DNA from: Candidatus Gastranaerophilales bacterium
GTDB lineage: Bacteria > Cyanobacteriota > Vampirovibrionia > Gastranaerophilales > Gastranaerophilaceae
Assembly (NCBI GenBank): GCA_944324845.1
Contig: CALUXX010000002.1
Location: forward strand, 42,496-106,495
DNA length: 64,000 bases
Direction: 5' to 3'
Part shown: in pieces, positions 17,477 to 26,637 of the stretch
How positions within the stretch are numbered: the stretch's first letter is position 1
How the letters are laid out: the number at the start of each line of letters is the position of its first letter
Notes under the pieces: generated by a model
Databases searched by the model: none
Told to the model about the DNA's origin: nothing
Seen by the model: the letters and a program-made list of their open reading frames with translations, nothing else
Program-made: the position numbers and the translations under genes

Positions 17477-19584
17477 TGGCTTCACCGGATGGAAACAGAA
17501 ATATGCTAAGTGAATTTGGAATGGCGATATTCGTCTTATTCCTATTGATTATTTTGCTATGCGAACTTCCAAACTGGGTAATAAATGTTTGTATCTGTTT
17601 GAATATCACGTTGGGAATTGTATTATTGATGTTTGCCTTGTATGTTCAAAAGACATTGGAATTATCATCATTCCCATCAATTATTCTTGTCGGAACAATG
17701 TTTCGTTTGGTATTATCAATCGCCTCAACACGTTTGATTTTGGCAAAGGGTGAAGCCGGTGAAGTAATTCACGCATTTGGAGAGTTTGTTACCGGTGGTA
17801 GTATGGTTGTTGGTGGTGTAATCTTCTTGATTATTACAGTTGTACAGTTTATGGTAATTACAAAAGGTGCGGAACGTATCGCAGAAGTTTCAGCCAGATT
17901 TGCTTTAGATGCTATGCCTGGTAAACAGATGACGATTGACGCAGATTTCAACGCAGGTTTGATATCTCCTGAAGAAGCAACTCAAAAACGTGAGGACTTA
18001 TCAAGAGAATCAAGTTTGATGGGTTCTATGGATGGTGCGATGAAATTCGTAAAAGGTGATACTATTGCGGGTATTATCATCGTTTTAATTAACATCATTG
18101 GCGGATTATGTGTCGGATGTTTGATGAACCAAATGCAAATATCTGATGCTGTACAAAAATATACGGTATTAACAATAGGTGATGGTTTGGCCTCACAAGT
18201 TCCGTCACTTTTAATGTCAATAGCAGCCGGTATATTTATGACACGTGCTTCCGCTGCCAGCCCTTCATTGGGTGCTGATGTAACTGCACAGATAACAAGT
18301 AAACCTTACGCATTGTTTTTTGCTTCAGGGTTCTTGTTATTACTTGCATTTACGGGACATACTTGGTTCTGGCAGGGAACAGGTTTGCCGCCTTTGCCAT
18401 TTTTTATATTCGCAATTATTCTTGCAATAGCAGGATTTCAGGTACTTATCAATGCTGATGTTCAATCACAGTTGGGACAATTAGAAAATGTAAGACAAAA
18501 TATGCAGGATTTGGTTAACCCTAATAGAATGTATGAACGTTTAGGTGTTGATATTTTGAGTTTGCAAGTTGGTTCAAATTTGCTTGTTATTGCCGATCCT
18601 GATCAGGAAGGTCAATTACTTGCCAAAATTGCAGCTTTACGTCAGAGAGTAACGGATGAATTAGGATATATTTTGCCGAACATAAGAATTATGGATTCAT
18701 CTGCACTTGACGCTAATGAATATATGATATCAATTCGTGGTAATACTGTTGCAACAGGTTATGTATATCCTGGAAAATTTATGGTAATTGCAGACCAATG
18801 GGATTCTATGAAAAAAGAGGTTCCCGAAGATGCAATTATTGGTATTGACCCAACATATCAAACTCAGGCTTATTGGATTTCGGCAGAAGATGCAAAATCT
18901 GCTCGACTTGTTACAGCGGTTGATGCTACAGACGTTATTGTTACACACCTTCAAGAATGTGTAAGAAAACATGTTGACGAAGTTATGACAAAAACAGATG
19001 TTCTTAAACTTATGGAACTTGTACGTTCTCAAGACCCTACACTTGTTAACGATTTAGTTCCTACGATTATTTCAACAAGTGATTTGAGAAAGATTTTTGT
19101 TAACTTAATCAGAGAAAAAGTTTCAATCAAGGATATTATATTTGTATTTGAAAGACTTTGTGATTATGCAAGATTTTCAAAGGAACCTGATATTTTATCA
19201 GAACGTTTAAGAGCTGCATTAGGAAGACAAATTTGTCTTGCAAATGTTCAAGATGATAAAGTTTTATATGCACTTACATTGTCTCCGGATTGGGAAAAAA
19301 TTCTTGATGACAGTTGTCAAAGAACAGAGTTGGGAACAATGTTTTTGTTAAATCCAATGCAAGTTCAAGAACTTATTGAAACTACTGCAACAACACTATT
19401 AAGAGCACACCAAACTTGTGGAAGACAACCTGTAATTCTTTGTTCTCCAAGAATAAGACTTCCGCTTTATCAACTTTTAGAACGACATATTCCAACAGTT
19501 GTTGTAATTTCATATTCAGAGCTTATTACTGATATAAAAGTAGAAGCGATAGATTCGATAGGCGATGCTTATATGGCTGAATAG
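17476..19584 (+). CDS. flhA: Flagellar/type III export gate protein FlhA (FHIPEP family)
   Basis: 702 aa. FHIPEP hallmarks are present: VITKGAERIAEVSARFALDAMPGKQMTIDADFNAGLIS, SMDGAMKFVKGDTIAGIII and TIGDGLASQVPSLLMS, plus a cytoplasmic C-terminal domain. The start overlaps the fliH stop by 1 nt (TAATG). Confidence 0.9.
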   Translation: MASPDGNRNMLSEFGMAIFVLFLLIILLCELPNWVINVCICLNITLGIVLLMFALYVQKTLELSSFPSIILVGTMFRLVLSIASTRLILAKGEAGEVIHAFGEFVTGGSMVVGGVIFLIITVVQFMVITKGAERIAEVSARFALDAMPGKQMTIDADFNAGLISPEEATQKREDLSRESSLMGSMDGAMKFVKGDTIAGIIIVLINIIGGLCVGCLMNQMQISDAVQKYTVLTIGDGLASQVPSLLMSIAAGIFMTRASAASPSLGADVTAQITSKPYALFFASGFLLLLAFTGHTWFWQGTGLPPLPFFIFAIILAIAGFQVLINADVQSQLGQLENVRQNMQDLVNPNRMYERLGVDILSLQVGSNLLVIADPDQEGQLLAKIAALRQRVTDELGYILPNIRIMDSSALDANEYMISIRGNTVATGYVYPGKFMVIADQWDSMKKEVPEDAIIGIDPTYQTQAYWISAEDAKSARLVTAVDATDVIVTHLQECVRKHVDEVMTKTDVLKLMELVRSQDPTLVNDLVPTIISTSDLRKIFVNLIREKVSIKDIIFVFERLCDYARFSKEPDILSERLRAALGRQICLANVQDDKVLYALTLSPDWEKILDDSCQRTELGTMFLLNPMQVQELIETTATTLLRAHQTCGRQPVILCSPRIRLPLYQLLERHIPTVVVISYSELITDIKVEAIDSIGDAYMAE

Positions 19585-19596
19585 AAAGAAGTTAGT

Positions 19597-19803
19597 ATGA
19601 AAAAAATCATATTGAGTTTGATAAAGATATATCAATATTTTTCCAAATTTACTCCGTCAGTTTGCAGGTTTTATCCAACTTGTTCTGAATATACAAAACA
19701 GGCGATAATAAAATATGGAGTATTAAAAGGTGGTTGGTTAGGAATTAAGCGGATTTGCCGTTGCCATCCTTGGAATCCCGGGGGGTATGATCCTGTACCG
19801 TAA
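19597..19803 (+). CDS. yidD: Membrane protein insertion efficiency factor YidD
   Basis: [46 protein letters not shown] is the YidD signature. Confidence 0.9.
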   Translation: MKKIILSLIKIYQYFSKFTPSVCRFYPTCSEYTKQAIIKYGVLKGGWLGIKRICRCHPWNPGGYDPVP

Positions 19804-19900
19804 AATTTTGAGGTTAAGTTTTGTAATTTTTATATTGTAATAAATTAGCAAAATGAAATTATTATTAGTATTATAAAAGTATAAAGTTTATGGGGGTAAT

Positions 19901-20359
19901 ATGCTAGAGATAAACGTTATAAACAAATTAGCTGATAATAGAGTTTTAGTTTCTGAAAATAGTAAATATAATTATAATAATCCACGATATTACATTGCGC
20001 AGGAAAATGATGTTGATAAATTTATAAAAACAAGAAAAACTTTAGATAATATGAATGGATTTCAAAAAACATGTTCAGTAGCCCTTGCAACGATTGCGGG
20101 GTTATTTGTTTTATGGAATGTAAAATCCTCAAAGCAGGTAGCAAAAGTATTCTCAGGAATAATTGCAGGAATTGGAGCTTATGCAGGCTTGAGTGGAATA
20201 GATAATCTTGTAGATAAACAGGCTCAAAAAAATAACATGAAGCATTATCAAGTTGAAGAAATAACTAATAATAAAGAAAAAGTTGAGCAAGCTCTAAATT
20301 ATGATATCGAATCAGATACCACTAAAGAGGAAACAGAAGAATTAAACGAAGAAGAGTAA
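19901..20359 (+). CDS. Hypothetical membrane protein with an acidic C-terminus
   Basis: A GGGGG ribosome binding site lies upstream. Two hydrophobic segments are present (CSVALATIAGLFVLW and FSGIIAGIGAYAGLSGI). No family recognised. Confidence 0.5.
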   Translation: MLEINVINKLADNRVLVSENSKYNYNNPRYYIAQENDVDKFIKTRKTLDNMNGFQKTCSVALATIAGLFVLWNVKSSKQVAKVFSGIIAGIGAYAGLSGIDNLVDKQAQKNNMKHYQVEEITNNKEKVEQALNYDIESDTTKEETEELNEEE

Positions 20360-20442
20360 ATTCTGCTCTAAAATTTTAAAATAACTTTAAGTTTTAGCCT
20401 TCTAATTAAAACTATGTTATCATAGTATAAATTGGAGAGGTA

Positions 20443-21246
20443 ATGACAGATATAAAACTTACAGAACTCGAGAAATTAGAAGAGTTAATTCTGCAATATA
20501 AAAAAGAAACAGATCAAAAACGCAAACATGTAGCCTACATTAACCTTGTTGAAGAAACATTGAAAGTTGTAAAGCGAATAGTTTTGTCATTTAGTTCTCT
20601 GCCTCCGACAGTGACGAAAGATGATTTAATACAAGTAGGTGCTGTTGGCGTTTTACAGGCTATTGAAACCTATCGTGTCGAAGAAAGAGGTAGTTTTAAG
20701 ACTTATGTAAGTAAGGTTATAAAGGGTAAAATATATCATTACTTACGTGACAAGGCAAATATTGTAAAAACCCCGAGAGAAACGTTTGCAAATTTAGCAA
20801 AAGTAAGAGACGCTATTCAACATTTATCGGAAAATAATACCAAAGTTCCAACTATAGAGGAAGTAGCATCTATTGTTTGTCTTCCGAAAGATAAAGTTGA
20901 AGAGTTGATGAATATTGAATATACAAAAAATATGATATCTCTTGATCAAAATATTTATACCACAGAAGGCGGAGAAACCCTTCTGGATAGAATTCAATCA
21001 GAAACGGCGGAAAGTTTTGAAGAATCTTATGCAAATAAAAAAATTATAGAATTTGCATTAGGTAAATTGCCAATGCACGACAAATTGGCAATAACAATGT
21101 ACTATATAGACGGAATGTCAAGAAAAGAAATTTCAGAACATTTACAGGTTTCGCCAACACAAGTTTCGAGAATTTTAAAAAGAGCATTAAACAGACTGGC
21201 CCTTATCGTAAGGGAAGAATTATCAGAGGATACAAAGGAGGCATAA
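20443..21246 (+). CDS. Sigma-70 family RNA polymerase sigma factor, group 3 (FliA/SigF/WhiG-like)
   Basis: 267 aa. Region 2 reads DLIQVGAVGVLQAIETYRVEERGSFKTYVSKVIKGKIYHYLRD. The region 4.2 helix-turn-helix reads SRKEISEHLQVSPTQVSRILKRALNRL. There is no region 1.1 or long non-conserved insert. Confidence 0.8.
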   Translation: MTDIKLTELEKLEELILQYKKETDQKRKHVAYINLVEETLKVVKRIVLSFSSLPPTVTKDDLIQVGAVGVLQAIETYRVEERGSFKTYVSKVIKGKIYHYLRDKANIVKTPRETFANLAKVRDAIQHLSENNTKVPTIEEVASIVCLPKDKVEELMNIEYTKNMISLDQNIYTTEGGETLLDRIQSETAESFEESYANKKIIEFALGKLPMHDKLAITMYYIDGMSRKEISEHLQVSPTQVSRILKRALNRLALIVREELSEDTKEA

Positions 21247-22346
21247 TGGGATTTACGCTGCTGATATTAGGTTGGATTTTTGTAATAGGACTTATAATAG
21301 GTAGTTTTTTGAATGTAGTTATTCTACGTACTGTAAGCGGTGAATCAATAGTATTTCCTTCTTCAAAATGTCCAAAATGTGGAAATGCGCTAAAATGGTA
21401 TCATAATATACCCGTTTTATCTTATATCTTTTTAAGAGGGAAATGTGCTTTTTGTAAAGAACATATCAGTCTTCAGTATCCGATAGTAGAATTACTTACG
21501 GGTGTGATTTTCTTGGGATTGTTTTTGAAAATATGTAAGCCGATTGATCCGTTATTTGGTTTATCTTCTATGATGCCGATAGGTTGGTATCAGATTTTGG
21601 TATATTTATTTGCACTCATTGTAACAGGTTTATTTATATCGATTGCGGGTACTGATATTTTGGAGAAAAAAGTAGCTGATGCTCATACTATTCCTTTAAT
21701 TGTTATGGGATTAGTTTTTAGTTTCTTATATACCGGTGCTACAGTTTATGTTTATTACAAAGAACTTGGCGAATTGCCTAAATTCACTTGGGAATTATGT
21801 TCAACTTCACCTTTGTTTTTCTCAATAGTGGCAGGTGTTGTTGGTTTTTTTGCGATGGAAATTCTGGCAAGATTGGGGCTTCCTTTGGTCGGTGCAAGAA
21901 TTTTTGGTGAGGGAGATTCTTATATAGCTGCAGGACTCGGAACTGTATTTGGCGGTCTTTTGGGTACTGTTGAATCTTTTCATAATCCATTGCCTGCGGT
22001 TTGGGCAATACTTATTATTCTTGCAATGAGTTGTGGTGTTCAGTTAGTTGTTACATTACCGTTATTTATGAAAAAACTTGTTGAAAAGAAAAATTGGATA
22101 ACATTCGGTGCAATATGTGCTTTTATTGTTTATACTGTTGGATATTTAACTGCTCAGTCTTTAAAATTGCTGGATAATTCAGTTGCATATTGGGCAAGTA
22201 CAATCGTTCTTTTGGCAATGGGTATTTTTGTTTGCAGAGAAATACTTATGGGAGTGAAAGATAAAGTTTCAGAAGGTTTATATCTTCCATTCGGACCAGC
22301 TATGGTTATTGCAGGACTTATTTCGTTTTTTATATTGAATATCTAA
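21246..22346 (+). CDS. pilD: Prepilin peptidase (A24 family, PilD-like)
   Basis: N-terminal zinc-binding module CPKCGNALKWYHNIPVLSYIFLRGKCAFCKEHISLQYPIVELLTG and a polytopic membrane domain with Asp-containing motifs (GTDILEKKVAD, GEGDSYIAAGLG). The start overlaps the sigma factor stop by 1 nt. Confidence 0.8.
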   Translation: MGFTLLILGWIFVIGLIIGSFLNVVILRTVSGESIVFPSSKCPKCGNALKWYHNIPVLSYIFLRGKCAFCKEHISLQYPIVELLTGVIFLGLFLKICKPIDPLFGLSSMMPIGWYQILVYLFALIVTGLFISIAGTDILEKKVADAHTIPLIVMGLVFSFLYTGATVYVYYKELGELPKFTWELCSTSPLFFSIVAGVVGFFAMEILARLGLPLVGARIFGEGDSYIAAGLGTVFGGLLGTVESFHNPLPAVWAILIILAMSCGVQLVVTLPLFMKKLVEKKNWITFGAICAFIVYTVGYLTAQSLKLLDNSVAYWASTIVLLAMGIFVCREILMGVKDKVSEGLYLPFGPAMVIAGLISFFILNI

Positions 22347-22373
22347 AGTTTAATAATAAATTTTATAAAAATA

Positions 22374-22402
22374 AAACTCCGATTTTATATCGGAGTTTTT
22401 CA
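22374..22402 (+). terminator. Rho-independent terminator after pilD
   Basis: AAAACTCCGAT-TTTAT-ATCGGAGTTTT followed by T residues. Confidence 0.75.
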
Positions 22403-22611
22403 GTGTAAAGGCATGGATTTTATTTTGATTTTGCGTATTTTTATAAAATATTAAGTTTTGTTAAATGAAGTTTGTTTTCTAAAAGCCTTGTCAGATAAGG
22501 CTTTTACAGAATAGTATATAATTTTTAAATATAAAAAAGGCACTTTTTATATAAGCGAAGTTTTTATATATATGTAAGCATAATGTGAATGAAATGAAAA
22601 AAGGAGAATAT

Positions 22612-22800
22612 ATGGCTAGAGTATTAATTTCAATGCCCGAAGATTTTTTGAACAAGATTGACCAAGTAGCAGATGGTGAAAATCGTTCCAGAAGTGAGCT
22701 AATTCGGGAAGCATTAAGGACTTACATTTACAAACAAAAAATCAAAGAATCAACAAGTGCAATGCAAAATGCAAACTTGTTAGAAACGTTGTTGAGTTAA
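22612..22800 (+). CDS. Ribbon-helix-helix (CopG/NikR-N-like) DNA-binding protein
   Basis: MARVLISMPEDFLNKIDQVADGENRSRSELIREALRTYI is a textbook RHH pattern. I prefer the ATG at 22612, with AAGGAG 5 nt upstream, over the GTG at 22585. Confidence 0.7.
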   Translation: MARVLISMPEDFLNKIDQVADGENRSRSELIREALRTYIYKQKIKESTSAMQNANLLETLLS

Positions 22801-22841
22801 TCAGTGGCAAGGAAAAAGGCGAAAAGATTTGGGAAATAAAA

Positions 22842-22873
22842 AAGGCTTCGTATGAAATTCGAAGTCTTTTTTA
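22842..22873 (+). terminator. Rho-independent terminator after the RHH gene
   Basis: AAGGCTTCG (22842-22850) pairs with CGAAGTCTT (22860-22868), with one G-T pair, followed by a T run. Confidence 0.65.
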
Positions 22874-22957
22874 TTTGTAATTTTATCAAAATAAATAGCA
22901 AAAATTTTTGATTTAGTGTTTTAAAATATTGTGTAAATATAATAAAAGGGTAGAAAA

Positions 22958-23227
22958 ATGATTTATAATTATGTGACATTTAATCCGAAAATTCATAAAT
23001 TTGAGCCAATGCGAAAGGTAACAGAAAAATTAGTTCGCTTAGATGAAAAGCATCCGTTTGATTTGATAAAAAGAATTGGTAAGATAGATAAACCGAAAAA
23101 ATTTGTCAGGGTTGCATCAGGCAGCACACCGCCACCTAATGATCCTTTGGATATTTATAAAAAACCTTTTAATAAAGCTGTAAATAATATAATTACTTAC
23201 GTTGTTAACACATGCAAAAAGTTTTAG
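22958..23227 (+). CDS. Hypothetical small basic protein
   Basis: 89-aa ORF in a non-overlapping position with a weak ribosome binding site. No family recognised. Confidence 0.35.
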   Translation: MIYNYVTFNPKIHKFEPMRKVTEKLVRLDEKHPFDLIKRIGKIDKPKKFVRVASGSTPPPNDPLDIYKKPFNKAVNNIITYVVNTCKKF

Positions 23228-23229
23228 AT

Positions 23230-24495
23230 TTATATTTTGCTTATGTAATTAACAATTTCATCAAGAGAATAAATATCTTTTTGAATAAAGAAGTTCTTTT
23301 TTGATTGTTCTTTTACGTAGTCTAAATTTTTACCGTCTAGAAAGTCTTGAGTATAAGGTCTTAGCATAATAGAAGGTATTACAACTAAATCGCAATCAAT
23401 ATCTTTGACTGTTCTGATTAAATCATCAGTTGTGATTAAACCAGCAACAGTAATATTTTCTCCCCAGTATTTTGATTGTACAGGATGAATTTCAACTGTT
23501 AAATTTTGAATTTTATTTAATTTGATTGAAATTTCGTCAAACATATCTTTTGCAGCATAAGAGCAGGCAAAGATGATTTTTTGCGGTTTTGAAATTTTTT
23601 TAGGTAATTTTAATTTGTTAAAATTATCGAGAGTTAATCTTAATGCTCCAACTCCGTCTTCTAATTGGCAAAATGCTCCATAGTATTTTGCAGGTGGAAT
23701 TGGTTTTCCTGCAAGTAGGAAAAATTCATCAGAGCAACAAACTCTTTTGTATTTTGAAGCAATTTCTATAGTTTCAAGTGCACATTTTTTATCAACTTGT
23801 TTTAATTTTTCATCTCTAAATTGAGTAACTCCAACAGGTACAATCGCAACGGATAAAACGGTATTTTTTAATTTTGCAAGATCTGATAATGTCCTTTCGA
23901 GTTCAGCTCCGTCATTCCAGCCTGGGCATAAAACTATTTGAGCGTGGAAAGGAATTTTGTTTTTTCTAAACCACGACAAATTATCAAGTGCTTTTCCTGC
24001 ATTTGGATTTCTTAGCATTTTAACTCGCAGTTCAGGATTTGTTGTATGAACTGAGATATAAAACGGGCCAAGCTGCATACGTTTTATTCGTTCTTTGTCA
24101 CACTCTTTAAGGTTTGTCATTGTAATATAAGTACCTTGCAGGTATGAAAGTCTGTAGTCATCATCTTTAATATAAAGAGTTTTTCTCAATCCTTTTGGTT
24201 GTTGGTCAACGAAACAAAAAATACAGTGATTAAGGCAAGGCTTAATCTTGTCAAAAACTGCACTTTCAAAGACGATTCCCAAATCTTCATCAAAATCTTT
24301 TTCGAGTTCAATTTCTTCAATTTCGCCATTAACTTTTTTTATTTCAAGAGTTATAAGTTCGGATTTTGTGTAGAAATTATAATCAATCATATCTGTCAAT
24401 TTTATACCGTCAATCGATAAGATTTCATCGCCTTGTTGAATTTCAAGTTCTTCTGCTATAGAACCTTTTATTGTGCTGTTGACTATTGCGGGCAT
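23230..24495 (-). CDS. DUF512-type radical SAM protein with an N-terminal PDZ domain
   Basis: PDZ-like N-terminus (IKGSIAEELEIQQGDEILSIDG) and the CLNHCIFCFVDQ cluster motif. I prefer the ATG at 24495, with AAGGA upstream and no overlap with padR, over the TTG at 24522. Confidence 0.75.
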   Translation of the reverse strand: MPAIVNSTIKGSIAEELEIQQGDEILSIDGIKLTDMIDYNFYTKSELITLEIKKVNGEIEEIELEKDFDEDLGIVFESAVFDKIKPCLNHCIFCFVDQQPKGLRKTLYIKDDDYRLSYLQGTYITMTNLKECDKERIKRMQLGPFYISVHTTNPELRVKMLRNPNAGKALDNLSWFRKNKIPFHAQIVLCPGWNDGAELERTLSDLAKLKNTVLSVAIVPVGVTQFRDEKLKQVDKKCALETIEIASKYKRVCCSDEFFLLAGKPIPPAKYYGAFCQLEDGVGALRLTLDNFNKLKLPKKISKPQKIIFACSYAAKDMFDEISIKLNKIQNLTVEIHPVQSKYWGENITVAGLITTDDLIRTVKDIDCDLVVIPSIMLRPYTQDFLDGKNLDYVKEQSKKNFFIQKDIYSLDEIVNYISKI

Positions 24496-24499
24496 AAAA

Positions 24500-25009
24500 T
24501 TATTCCTTTTCCAAACCTTCAATCATAGATACAAAATTTTTATATGTGCAAATTGAATTATCTAAAACTATTTTTTGAAAAGTTGTTAATGGGGTATATT
24601 CATCATTTAATATTTTTTCTGCATTAATTTTATGTAATAATGCATTGGTTTTAATATCCGTAAAAACTTCTATTCTATCTTCTTCATCCAAAAACGAAAT
24701 GCAGGATAATTTAATGTTAGCATCAGAAATAAATTGAAGCGGATTTTTGGATATAGGGTTTAGTAAAAGTCTTTTCAATTCTTTCAGACCGTCTTTTGTA
24801 ATGGCATAGAAAACAGATAATTTACCGCCATCAGACATAATTTTTGAAGACGTTATAAAACCTTGTTTTTCCAATCGAACAAGAGCAGGTTTTAATGCTC
24901 CAAAACTGGGATTAGTATAGGCAAGAAAAAATTCCTGAATTCTTTTATGTATTGCATACATAGTAAAATCGTGATTTACAAGAATATATAAAACCATTAA
25001 CTCAATCAT
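24500..25009 (-). CDS. PadR-family transcriptional regulator
   Basis: Winged-helix N-terminus (LYILVNHDFTMYAIHKRIQEFF...FGALKPALVRLEKQGFITS) and a C-terminal dimerisation domain. Confidence 0.7.
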   Translation of the reverse strand: MIELMVLYILVNHDFTMYAIHKRIQEFFLAYTNPSFGALKPALVRLEKQGFITSSKIMSDGGKLSVFYAITKDGLKELKRLLLNPISKNPLQFISDANIKLSCISFLDEEDRIEVFTDIKTNALLHKINAEKILNDEYTPLTTFQKIVLDNSICTYKNFVSMIEGLEKE

Positions 25010-25054
25010 AAATTTAGGATATCATTAATTATCTATTTTAACAACAACAGTATG

Positions 25055-25068
25055 ATTGAAATTTCAAT
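25055..25068. promoter_or_regulatory. 14-bp perfect palindrome ATTGAAATTTCAAT upstream of padR, a candidate operator
   Basis: Read directly from the sequence. It lies 46 bp upstream of the padR start in the divergent intergenic region. Palindromes of this size are not rare in AT-rich DNA. Confidence 0.25.
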
Positions 25069-25163
25069 TAAGAATTGTAAAATAATAAGAGAAAAATAGC
25101 AAAAAATATATGTTTACGGCATTATAATTGGGTAAATGGTCAACTTGAAAGGTAGGTGTTAAT

Positions 25164-25586
25164 ATGGTAGAAATGGTTACAACACAACCACCAAAATTTA
25201 CAACAATAATTTATGAAACAAAAGATGGAGAAAAGATTTCGGCAACCAAAAAAGACGGCATTGTGACTCTTGTTGGAGATAAAAATGGTGTTCGCCAAAT
25301 GGAATTGGACAAATTTATTAAAGAAGAATTACCAAATAATGTGAAAAACTTCAAATTAGAAAATTCTCCGGAAAAAGATACCGTAGAAATTTCAAAACCT
25401 GCAAAAGAAGAAAATAAGCAACCTGCACCAGCTGCCGCACAGTTACCAAAAGAAACTGAAAAAGCAAATGCAACAAATCCAATCGCACCGGCTTCAAAGC
25501 CTGAAGAAAAGGCTCCTGCAGCGCCTGAAGTAAAAGCTGTAGAAAAAGCACAGCCTGAACCTAAGAAAATTGATGTAGTTGCTTAA
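25164..25586 (+). CDS. Hypothetical protein with a Pro/Ala/Glu/Lys-rich C-terminal half
   Basis: A ribosome binding site (AAAGGTAGG) lies upstream. The C-terminus reads KQPAPAAAQLPKETEKANATNPIAPASKPEEKAPAAPEVKAVEKAQPEPKK. No family recognised. Confidence 0.5.
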   Translation: MVEMVTTQPPKFTTIIYETKDGEKISATKKDGIVTLVGDKNGVRQMELDKFIKEELPNNVKNFKLENSPEKDTVEISKPAKEENKQPAPAAAQLPKETEKANATNPIAPASKPEEKAPAAPEVKAVEKAQPEPKKIDVVA

Positions 25587-25611
25587 TTTTTTAAGATAAT
25601 AGAAGATGTAA

Positions 25612-25657
25612 ATAAAAAACGATTGCTTTAAATATTTTGAAGCGATCGTTTTTTTTA
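25612..25657. terminator. Bidirectional rho-independent terminator between convergent genes
   Basis: AACGATTGCTT (25618-25628) pairs with AAGCGATCGTT (25640-25650). An A run precedes it and a T8 run follows. Confidence 0.75.
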
Positions 25658-25665
25658 GAATGAAG

Positions 25666-26637
25666 TTATTTTTGTATAATTATTCCTACACATACTAATA
25701 ATAAAAACCAAATAAGAATATTTCTGACATAAAAAAATCTAAAATAAAAAGGCGCATCAGTTGAATTTTTTATTTTATCCCAGTTATCAAGCGGATAATG
25801 CCAGAATTTTATTTTTGGTAGATTAGATTTATCATTGTTAAAGTCTTGCAAAGATCTATACAAGTCAATAATCAAAGGTAATGTTGAAAAGGTAAGTAAA
25901 TAGAAATAATTATTAGTGATAATTGCAAAGATTGCTATACTTAAAAATCCTAACCCATAAAATACAAGCAGTAAATTTAGTGCTAATGTTTTATTTTTTA
26001 ATTTTGTACAAAGAGTTGTTTTATGAGAGGATTTATCGCCATCAAAATCCATTAACATATGTGCATATAAAACTGTAATAGTAATGAAAACACACGCAAC
26101 AGACAATATTAAAACATCAAAAGAGAATTCACGTTTCATAACATAATAAGTACCTTCGTATAACAAAGGTCCGTATGCTATAAAAACTGCAAGTTCTCCA
26201 ATTCCTGATATAGAAAATTTTTGATAAAAGACAGCAACCAAAAGTCCTATAAAAGCGAGTAATGCTACATAATAACCTGATAAAAAGAATAAAACAATTC
26301 CGATAATTCCAGCAACTGCTAAAAAGGTTATTATTGCATATTTTAATTCTTTTACTGTAGCTTGATTATTTTTCAGATACAGACATTTACAGTTTTGTGC
26401 AGAATTTAAAAATTTTTCATCTTTTATAAGAATTTTATAATCGAAATAATCATCAATAAGGTTAGTTGCCATATGAACCAAAGACATTCCAATCAATGCC
26501 AAGATTCCCAGAATTATATTTCCTTCTTCTTTTATTGCATAAATAAAAATAACAACCCAATTTAAAACGGTTATCGGAAGAGAATATACTCTTGCACAAT
26601 TAAGCCAGAAAGATATTTTTTTAAATAAATTTATCAT
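25666..26637 (-). CDS. UbiA-family aromatic prenyltransferase (MenA-like)
   Basis: Polytopic membrane protein with NLIDDYFDY (the NxxxDxxxD motif). Confidence 0.7.
   Translation of the reverse strand: MINLFKKISFWLNCARVYSLPITVLNWVVIFIYAIKEEGNIILGILALIGMSLVHMATNLIDDYFDYKILIKDEKFLNSAQNCKCLYLKNNQATVKELKYAIITFLAVAGIIGIVLFFLSGYYVALLAFIGLLVAVFYQKFSISGIGELAVFIAYGPLLYEGTYYVMKREFSFDVLILSVACVFITITVLYAHMLMDFDGDKSSHKTTLCTKLKNKTLALNLLLVFYGLGFLSIAIFAIITNNYFYLLTFSTLPLIIDLYRSLQDFNNDKSNLPKIKFWHYPLDNWDKIKNSTDAPFYFRFFYVRNILIWFLLLVCVGIIIQK

Noticed and set aside
22612-23227. A possible toxin-antitoxin pair, made of the RHH protein and the downstream small ORF.
   Set aside because: The genes are 157 nt apart with a terminator between them. 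The 89-aa product shows no toxin-family motif I recognise (RelE/ParE, PIN, MazF). I keep it only as a low-interest observation.
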